The translations under genes and the position numbers were made by a program. The notes under the pieces were generated by a model. That model was not told the origin of the DNA. It ran no database searches and saw only the letters and a list, made by a program, of their open reading frames with translations. Positions 57,108-64,000 of a DNA stretch of 64,000 nucleotides are shown piece after piece; positions within the stretch are counted from its first letter, which is position 1; each line of letters opens with the position of its first letter. This DNA comes from an uncultured Sphaerochaeta sp. Its GTDB lineage: Bacteria > Spirochaetota > Spirochaetia > Sphaerochaetales > Sphaerochaetaceae. The stretch covers positions 3,375,607 to 3,439,606 of the forward strand of contig OY762555.1 in the NCBI GenBank assembly GCA_963666015.1, written 5' to 3'.

Positions 57108-57196
57108 GGATCGCATGATATATGAAAATATGATGAAATAATCACTATAATATTACAAAAAGTATAACAAATGAGGAAAAACATATGACATAAAGA

Positions 57197-57231
57197 AGCA
57201 CCCCAATATAATCTCTTCTATCAGGGTGCTT
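57197..57231 (-). terminator. possible terminator after the beta-rich protein gene
   Basis: On the minus strand: AAGCACCC, a roughly 19-nt loop, GGGTGCTT, then CTTTAT. The loop is long and the T tract weak. Confidence 0.3.
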
Positions 57232-57249
57232 GTCAGGGATTTCCTTCTT

Positions 57250-59820
57250 TTATTTCGAGAATTTCCCCTTTATCGTGAGCTTTGAAGTAAGTGCATCATC
57301 ACTGTTGTCAACAATTGAATCATAATAACTCACTTCAAAGAGGGCAGACGTTGAGATTGGACCAAAGCGTTTGTCGATCCCCGCTGAGCCTGTTATCTTG
57401 AACGCTTCAAGGGAGCTCTTGAACGCTTGGTCAAGTGAAGCTGTGAAGGTAATCGTATCGAAGAACGCTTGTTTGATGGAGAACTTCGCATCATAGCCAA
57501 ATGTTGTCAGGCTATCTGTCTCTGTGCTCCAAGCTTGGTCAAAGCCAAGGGAGATTGCATACCGACTGAAACTCGTTCCAGCTGAGAGAGCATAGGAGAA
57601 CTCCCAGAACGTGGACCCATCCTTGACCCCATCACTCTGGATGTTTGTGACGAAGGAGTCCTTTGTCTTCGCACCAAAGTTTGTGGACACATCCCCAAAC
57701 TTATACCTTGCACTCTTCCACCTCAGTTCACCGGTATGGGTGCTGGAGATGTCATTGGTCGTGGCAGTAGAAATTGCTGTTGCTACGCTTGCATCAGTTG
57801 CTTTTTCTGCCAAAGCCTCAGCATTGGTTGTCTCATAGAGGAATGTATAATCCAAGGCTAACGTTCCGAAGTGGGTAAGTTGTGGGAAGTCGACACCCGC
57901 CTGTACCTGGTGAACAATGTTGGAAATATCATTTGCTGAGGTTGGAGTGGAATCGGGGGCTAGGTCAGGTTTCACCAAAGCGATGATATCGTTGAACAGA
58001 ATATCAGCGATATTATTCTTGTTCCTTTCATACCCTGCGGAGAACGTGAAATCATTGATCCCCTTCTCAAAAGCCAACCCATAAGAAAACTCATCGGTAG
58101 CAACTGAAGCGCCAAGGCTCTTGTAGGTACTATCTGTTTTCCGTATCCACGTCTGGATACCAAGAGAGGGTACCTCTACCTCAGCCCCGTAGCTCACGCC
58201 CCACAGTGTTCTGTTGATGACTCCACTGATCAAACCATTGGTAGGGAGGAAGTAGTCCAGGACCGGGAAGATTGATTGGACCTTGTCCAAGTATCCCAGG
58301 TAGGAGCTTACATCGGGTCCTCCCTGATCCTCTAGGTCTGTCGCCAGCTGGTCAACATCAAGGACGTCACTTGCATCATCATTGTAGAGGCTCAAGGAGA
58401 AGGATGCGTCAAGGTTAAATAGCTTGTTCTTTGAGCCACTGCTCAAACCAATGACCATATTCTGTTCTGGCCTGATGTCATCAAGATCATACAAATCACC
58501 GATGGGGGAATCGGCTCCACTCTTGAGATTCTCATAGCGTCCCTGTAGGGAGCTGATGAAGGATATATTGGTCTGCAGATAGAAGGCCTCCCTGGCCTTA
58601 CCAGCCATCTTGAAACCGAAGAAGTTCTGAGGCCACGCTGTTTCAGCCACGCCAAGATCACTCAAACCCTTTGCCACTTTCAGTTCAAAGAACGGGAGAT
58701 CAATACCGACTGCTGTTCCCCTAAAGGAAAGATCATTGATAGTCTCTTTCTGGAAATACACCTTCTGGTCGCCAAACTGGTAGGTGAGGGCAGGACCGAA
58801 GAGAGATATCTTCAGCAGCAATTGGTTGTCGTTCTCGTACTTTCTTGCCTCCTCACCTGTCCAGTCAAACTCGTTGGCAAAGTTGATCGGGTTGTACAAG
58901 TTCAGGTAATTCTGCAGGTCTGCAATCAAAGTGTTGGGGTATGCCTCAGTAATATCGGTAACAGCAACAGTATCCTTGAAAACAGCAGACCCCTCCATGA
59001 CAAGTGGACCGACCTTCATATACCCATCGCCTCCAAGTTCGTAGGAGATGTCCAGATTCTGGCTCACATCGCTGAATACCGCTTGTACATCTGTTTGGTT
59101 CTCACTCTCTCCAAACCCAAGGATATACTCAACCTCAAGGTTTGCACGGTACGAACCATCAAAGGCGAAGGTTGGTGCTTTCTCTGCAGTAATCGTGAAG
59201 GTATACTCCTCTGTTGCAATATTACCGTAGCGGTCTTCCATCTCGATGGATATTACCGCATCATCGCTTTCTTCAGGGGTGATCAGGAAGGAAAGGTATC
59301 CGCCAAAGACACCACTTCTCGTAAGTGTTTGCCCGTCTCTGGTGATATTGAAGCGAGTGAGTGCACTCTCATCAGCAACACCAAACACTACCAGTTGTTC
59401 CTTTCCCTCCACCAGCTCAAACGAACCTGGGCTTACCAATTCAAGGGTAGGAGCTTCCTTGTCCTGCAGCAGCCTGGCCTTGTGTTCTCCAATCTTAGGG
59501 TCGCGGATGTATTTACCATCACTATTCTGCATGATCGTGTAGTAGATCAGTTCATCGGAGGTGAGATAGGTGTAGGGGACGGTAGTCCTCCACACCCCCT
59601 TATCTTCGACAAACTCACTATAACGTGGTTCACGCTCACCATTCTGGTAGAAGAAGAATCGTGCCTCCTGTACTGTACCATCGGCCTCCGCACTTGAAAG
59701 CGTTACCTCAAGGTTCTCATATGCTTTCACTTCTCCAGGAACATCAACCTGCAATGCAAAAAGGGAAGCACTCAACAGACTGATTACAACAATCAAGAAT
59801 AACGTATGTGTATTTTTCAT
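57250..59820 (-). CDS. exported beta-rich protein (N-terminal Ig-like region plus putative outer-membrane beta-barrel-like C-terminal region), function unknown
   Basis: Signal peptide MKNTHTLFLIVVISLLSASLFA. After it there is no long hydrophobic helix. There are long stretches of alternating-polarity segments rich in Y/F/G/S/T/D/N. AGGAGG RBS. The gene starts 14 nt after the stop of the upstream giant gene. Confidence 0.55.
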   Translation of the reverse strand: MKNTHTLFLIVVISLLSASLFALQVDVPGEVKAYENLEVTLSSAEADGTVQEARFFFYQNGEREPRYSEFVEDKGVWRTTVPYTYLTSDELIYYTIMQNSDGKYIRDPKIGEHKARLLQDKEAPTLELVSPGSFELVEGKEQLVVFGVADESALTRFNITRDGQTLTRSGVFGGYLSFLITPEESDDAVISIEMEDRYGNIATEEYTFTITAEKAPTFAFDGSYRANLEVEYILGFGESENQTDVQAVFSDVSQNLDISYELGGDGYMKVGPLVMEGSAVFKDTVAVTDITEAYPNTLIADLQNYLNLYNPINFANEFDWTGEEARKYENDNQLLLKISLFGPALTYQFGDQKVYFQKETINDLSFRGTAVGIDLPFFELKVAKGLSDLGVAETAWPQNFFGFKMAGKAREAFYLQTNISFISSLQGRYENLKSGADSPIGDLYDLDDIRPEQNMVIGLSSGSKNKLFNLDASFSLSLYNDDASDVLDVDQLATDLEDQGGPDVSSYLGYLDKVQSIFPVLDYFLPTNGLISGVINRTLWGVSYGAEVEVPSLGIQTWIRKTDSTYKSLGASVATDEFSYGLAFEKGINDFTFSAGYERNKNNIADILFNDIIALVKPDLAPDSTPTSANDISNIVHQVQAGVDFPQLTHFGTLALDYTFLYETTNAEALAEKATDASVATAISTATTNDISSTHTGELRWKSARYKFGDVSTNFGAKTKDSFVTNIQSDGVKDGSTFWEFSYALSAGTSFSRYAISLGFDQAWSTETDSLTTFGYDAKFSIKQAFFDTITFTASLDQAFKSSLEAFKITGSAGIDKRFGPISTSALFEVSYYDSIVDNSDDALTSKLTIKGKFSK

Positions 59821-59834
59821 GGTGCTCCTCCTTC

Positions 59835-62800
59835 CTACCAACCAAATCCGGGTGAGCCATCATATCCACCACCCATGAATCCAGGTGCGCCGCCATAGCC
59901 ACCGCCTCCAAACCCTGGGGCTCCTCCATATCCGCCGCCGAATCCAGGATCACTGAAGAAAGAGTCCATATATCCTCCAAGTCCTGGGTCAGGAGGTGCT
60001 CCTCCCATACCCGGTCCAAATGGATCGGGGAAGTAAGGAGGCATGTATGGATCTACCGGTACTCCCATGTTGAACGATTCTGGAGGTGGCTCCATTCCAG
60101 CTCCCATAGGATCGTAATTGGTCTCATATCCTGTGCCGGCCGGTGTGCCGGATGCAGGAGTTTCCTGTGTCTCTGGCTCCTTAGGTTTCTCTGTACTGTT
60201 GACCTGCACTACTTGGTGTGCAGCTGCCATTGTACCGTCACTGCCGTATGCACTGGCTGTGATGATATGTTCAGCGGCTGTAAGATCAAGCGAAGCGAAG
60301 GAGAGTGTTGAACCTTCAGCGAGCACTCCATCGAGGTGTGAGCTCCAGGTGAAGGCATCTTCACCCAAAGGTGAACCGTCCTTATTCTTGCCTACTGCTT
60401 TGAGCTCGGTACTCGCCCCCTTTATCAGGATGATCAGGGGTTGTGGATCGACAATCTGTACCTCCACAGTTCCTATGACATCCAAGAGGATGGTAGCGGA
60501 ACCTACCAAGTTTCCTCCTGCATATGCCTCAGTGGTTATCGATCTCTTTCCTGCAATAAGTCCAGCTTCGCTGAGATCGAGGCTGTACCCGGTAGAGAGA
60601 GCTTCCTCACTAAGGTCACTCTTCCAGTCGATACGATCCACTCCCGCCAGCCCTGAAACAGTTGCTGTGAGTAGTGAGCTTCCACTGGAAAGTTCGTAGG
60701 AAGGAGGAGCATTGTCGATGAAAACGCCCTGCCTCTCAGCGTAGAGATTGAGGCTGAACTGCTTTCTTTGAACAAGTGAACCTTCACTTGCTTGGACAGT
60801 CATTTCATAGACCCCCTCCGTAGCAAAGACTCCCGGCTGTATGACCGCGCTCGCTGTCCTGGTTCCTTCCCCAATCATCCAAGAGATCGGAAGTGGCGTT
60901 TCCCCGAGCAATAGCTGCATCGTAGGTTCCCTAAATCCAGTGAGCGCAATCTGTAAGGTGATTTCCTCACCAAGACGGATGATACTCTCGGTAGAAGGAC
61001 TCAAAAGCTCTAAGGTAGCAGAGGAGGTGAGGTTCAATGGGACTTCACGCTTTATTGTCTCCTGTGCACCCAGTGGGTCGGAGATGACCATGCTGACCAC
61101 AACCGGTCCAGCCTGAAGGTTGCTTATCTCTCCGTATCCCAAGTAGATCTCTTTTCCTTGCTTCTCAAGCACCTTGTTTCCTTGCTTGACCTGCCAGGTT
61201 ACCTCGGGGTTTACACCACCCTTGAACTCTGAGCGGAGAGGGAGCGGAGGCGAACTCTCAGCTATCAGATAGTTTGGCAGGTTGTTGTTCACCACTGCCT
61301 GCACATTGTTGATCGGCTCAAAGCTGTAAAGGGTAGTAGCGATACTGCCAACCAGTCCCATGGAGTCAGTTGCCTCTGCCCTGATTCGTTGTTCCCCCAC
61401 TACAGTGGGAGTAAATGCAAAGGCTTTCCCTTCCCCAAGCACTGTTCCCTCAGCATCCTTCCAACGTATAGTTCCTGTGAAGGCTTGGTCATCCTTTACC
61501 TCAACTGCCAGTACGATGGGTCTGCCAAGCGGAGCACTGGTTCCTTCAGCAAGATTGATGAATGAGAGCACTGGTCTGGTGTTCACCGTGAAAGAAATGC
61601 TTGCCTGTTCGCTGGCATCCTCCTCACTGTAGACTGCAACCAAAGTACATAAGCCTCCAATTTCAGGTGCTGCAAGATTTCCAATATCATCAACCTCCAG
61701 TCCATTGAGATACCACTTTACAAGACCTTCCTTTTGGTCGCTGGGAAGTCCAATCAGCGTTGGGCTAAGCTTTGTTCCCGCATTCACGATACTGCCATGG
61801 GGCCAGTTGATCGAGAGCTTCAATGGTTCCTTATCAATGCTAACGGTGGTACGTTTCCTGGATCGTTCCCTGTTGTTTGTATCCACAAAGACCGTGGTGA
61901 TTTCAACCAAACCGGTGCCTTTTGCCGTGAACAGGACATTGCTTCCCGTAAGGGAATCATTGCTTGCTGCGGGGTCATCAAGATAGGTGATGGTCCACTG
62001 GTAGGTGCCTTCCGCCGCCTCATTGAGTGTTGCGATCAAGGGTACCTCATAACCAAGGAAGAAAGTCTGTTCTTTCTTGGGAGAGAGTATTTCCATGGGA
62101 AGCTGGGCCTTCGATACCTGTATGGCTGCTCTTACTATCGTTTCTGCTCCCATACTGTCCTCTGTACGGGCTTCCAGAATATGATTACCGACATCAGCCT
62201 CAGTCAAGATTCGTTGATTCGCTCCTTCAATAGGAACCCCATCAAAACGATAGGTGACAATCTGGTTGGCTTTCTTGTCCTCTGCGTCAAATGCAGTGGC
62301 AGCCCAAGTGAGGGGCTCTCCTGTGTACTGAAGAGGAGGAACCGAGAGGGTAAGCGTCGGGCTTTGGTTGGGTGTTAATGTAAAACTCACCCTTCTCTGG
62401 CTACTCCTTCCAAAGGCTGTAGTGACGAGCGTCAACTGGATATTTCCAGAGGCTCCTTTAGGATCGAAGCTGGTTTCCTTTCCAACTGCAACCACCTGAT
62501 CGGCAAGCTTCCACTGATAGGTTGCTCCTTGCTCACCGGAAGCAGAGAGCGCTATTTTCTCACCTGTTTTGTAGGTAATGTTTTGTGCTTGCAGGGGAGA
62601 GAGAATAGAGGGCTCAGCGATATCGCGGACAGTGATGCTCCGCTCTGCTGTGGTGCGAACCATCGCTCCATTTGCATAGCGTGCCTGGATGGTAAAATTA
62701 CCGCTTCTCTCAGCCTTGAATTGGTAACTCAACCCCATCTCGCCGGTACTGGTTCCATTTACATACCATGTAATGCGTGAAGCTGCATCCGAAAGGTCGA

Positions 62801-64000
62801 AGGACGAACCCACTACCTTATCAACTCCTACCATGCAGGGAACCTGCGTGCCGATCATGGTAGTGGTTGCGTCAAAGGGAGCGAGCAAGTTGAGCTGGAA
62901 GTCGTTCTGGACTTCAACCCGTACTTGTTTGGTTGTTACATTTCCCAATGGATCCCTTGCACTGGCAGATATGGTGTGCTTTCCTGGTTTCAGCATGCCA
63001 AGTGTCCCGCTTAGGAAGTTCGAATTGGGAACGACAGTCGCATCCAGCCTCCATGTAACCAAGTCAATTGCACCTGCAATCAATTCCAGATTACCCTTGA
63101 TCACTGTCTCTGGTGAGAGACGTTGTCCCTCTAGCGGCTTGGTAATCGTGAAATCCAAAGGTTTAAGTACTTCAATACGTTTTTCAGCAGTTCTAGTGTT
63201 TCCAAATACATCAATTGAAGTAATGGTTATGGTATGTGGTCCTGCTTTCAGCGTAGGTATGGAAAACTCTCGTCCAGCTGGTCTCTGATGTTGTGCATAC
63301 TTTACCCCGTCAACCGAGAGTGCTAGAGTAGCAATCAGATCAGTAAGTCCTTGCTCCACCAAGAGAGCCTTTACAGTAATAGCACTTCCTTCCAGAACTT
63401 TTTCAGGAGCTTCTATGTTCGTCACTCCTTGCCTGTCAGCAACCTGGATGTCCCGTCCTGTAATACCGTCGGTATTGGTTGGGAGATAATCACCCATGGT
63501 ACCATCAGGAAGTCGTACTGAGGTTGCATAGCCATCGACATCGATGCTGTGCATTCCTTGCGTGAAGGTAACAGTAGGACTGTTGTATTCCTTTAGGTTT
63601 ACTTTCCAGACCACCTTGTCGATATCCCTACTCTCATAGAGCAGAGGGATCGGAATGCTCGGTGGATAGAGATTCTCAAAGGCCAGTTCCTTAGGAAGAA
63701 TAATACTGATATATGGATCGATGACCCTCACATAGAAGTGCTTGTCGACGGTTATAGAGTTCCGCTCGCCCCTGACCATGATGGTCATTTCCTTTTGGGA
63801 TGCGCTTGGAGTAAAGGAGTAGGTTGCTCCTTGTGCAGTAAGCTGGTTGTCTACATACCACTTGAATGTTTCGTTGGCTTCCCCACTTGCAATCAAGTTG
63901 TAGCGTTCTCCTGCGATGAGGCGATCATTATTGCTGATTCCGTTCACCTCAAATTTGGGAGGAGTGGTCTGAGCAACACTGAAGGTGATTTTCTGCGCAC
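59835..64000 (-). CDS. giant surface-type protein with at least 13 Ig-like repeat modules and a Gly/Pro/Tyr/Phe-rich C-terminal tail; 5' end outside the window
   Basis: The reading frame stays open to base 64000, upstream of the listed GTG at 63947. It has recurrent modules of about 90 aa, each with a W-containing strand (FKWYVDNQ, ITWYVNGT, YQWKLADQ, VKWYLNGL, IRWKDAEG, VTWQVKQG, FTWSSHLDG...). The last 117 aa are low complexity. Confidence 0.75.
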   Translation of the reverse strand, partial: AQKITFSVAQTTPPKFEVNGISNNDRLIAGERYNLIASGEANETFKWYVDNQLTAQGATYSFTPSASQKEMTIMVRGERNSITVDKHFYVRVIDPYISIILPKELAFENLYPPSIPIPLLYESRDIDKVVWKVNLKEYNSPTVTFTQGMHSIDVDGYATSVRLPDGTMGDYLPTNTDGITGRDIQVADRQGVTNIEAPEKVLEGSAITVKALLVEQGLTDLIATLALSVDGVKYAQHQRPAGREFSIPTLKAGPHTITITSIDVFGNTRTAEKRIEVLKPLDFTITKPLEGQRLSPETVIKGNLELIAGAIDLVTWRLDATVVPNSNFLSGTLGMLKPGKHTISASARDPLGNVTTKQVRVEVQNDFQLNLLAPFDATTTMIGTQVPCMVGVDKVVGSSFDLSDAASRITWYVNGTSTGEMGLSYQFKAERSGNFTIQARYANGAMVRTTAERSITVRDIAEPSILSPLQAQNITYKTGEKIALSASGEQGATYQWKLADQVVAVGKETSFDPKGASGNIQLTLVTTAFGRSSQRRVSFTLTPNQSPTLTLSVPPLQYTGEPLTWAATAFDAEDKKANQIVTYRFDGVPIEGANQRILTEADVGNHILEARTEDSMGAETIVRAAIQVSKAQLPMEILSPKKEQTFFLGYEVPLIATLNEAAEGTYQWTITYLDDPAASNDSLTGSNVLFTAKGTGLVEITTVFVDTNNRERSRKRTTVSIDKEPLKLSINWPHGSIVNAGTKLSPTLIGLPSDQKEGLVKWYLNGLEVDDIGNLAAPEIGGLCTLVAVYSEEDASEQASISFTVNTRPVLSFINLAEGTSAPLGRPIVLAVEVKDDQAFTGTIRWKDAEGTVLGEGKAFAFTPTVVGEQRIRAEATDSMGLVGSIATTLYSFEPINNVQAVVNNNLPNYLIAESSPPLPLRSEFKGGVNPEVTWQVKQGNKVLEKQGKEIYLGYGEISNLQAGPVVVSMVISDPLGAQETIKREVPLNLTSSATLELLSPSTESIIRLGEEITLQIALTGFREPTMQLLLGETPLPISWMIGEGTRTASAVIQPGVFATEGVYEMTVQASEGSLVQRKQFSLNLYAERQGVFIDNAPPSYELSSGSSLLTATVSGLAGVDRIDWKSDLSEEALSTGYSLDLSEAGLIAGKRSITTEAYAGGNLVGSATILLDVIGTVEVQIVDPQPLIILIKGASTELKAVGKNKDGSPLGEDAFTWSSHLDGVLAEGSTLSFASLDLTAAEHIITASAYGSDGTMAAAHQVVQVNSTEKPKEPETQETPASGTPAGTGYETNYDPMGAGMEPPPESFNMGVPVDPYMPPYFPDPFGPGMGGAPPDPGLGGYMDSFFSDPGFGGGYGGAPGFGGGGYGGAPGFMGGGYDGSPGFGW

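Noticed and set aside
58822-59697. Long antisense ORFs inside large genes. Examples are 58822-59697, 61734-62378, 37272-38051, 13103-13762, 47443-48156, 30980-31642, 7810-8436 and 20381-20932.
   Set aside because: Each lies wholly within a well-supported gene on the other strand. Their translations are low-complexity or Cys/Arg/Ser-rich, and they lack RBSs. They are shadow ORFs.

Overview
This 64-kb chromosomal window holds about 55 protein genes and 2 tRNAs. I saw no rRNA and no CRISPR array. All calls come from reading the supplied translations and the DNA by eye; no database search was run.

Most of the window is core metabolism of a saccharolytic bacterium. A long-type PPi-phosphofructokinase, InlB-type B-repeat lipoproteins and many sugar ABC genes fit a Spirochaetota/Sphaerochaeta-like organism, but that is a low-confidence inference.

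Layout:
- 1-11.4 kb: sugar ABC transporter, GH2 beta-mannosidase, GGDEF cyclase, pfp and a second GH2.
- 11.4-25.4 kb: YaiI, LuxR, asnS, two acyl-CoA ligases, DAHP synthase, DJ-1, DUF1846, two tandem Rrf2 regulators and cysK.
- 25.4-30.9 kb: poorly characterised genes, including a GluTR(HemA)-like/cyclase fusion.
- 30.9-41.7 kb: FKBP, a deaminase-MtnA-like-MTAP operon, metY-metA behind a long structured leader, putP and potABC.
- 42.2-45.55 kb: a 3.3-kb islet inserted into tRNA-Arg(TCT). It is bounded by a perfect 45-bp direct repeat and carries a frameshifted tyrosine integrase plus two convergent AT-rich orphan genes.
- 45.8-54.3 kb: SOD, nitroreductase, tRNA-Pro, nth, L28, a ThrA-like protein with degenerate kinase motifs, and thrC.
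- 54.4-64 kb: a surface-protein region with a B-repeat lipoprotein, a 323-bp tandem duplication, a beta-rich exported protein, and a protein of more than 1388 aa built of Ig-like repeats with a Gly/Pro/Tyr/Phe-rich tail.

The best candidate for an undescribed system is the two-gene cargo of the tRNA-Arg islet, a possible defence or abortive-infection pair. Next is the giant repeat protein together with the beta-rich partner gene that follows it 14 nt downstream.
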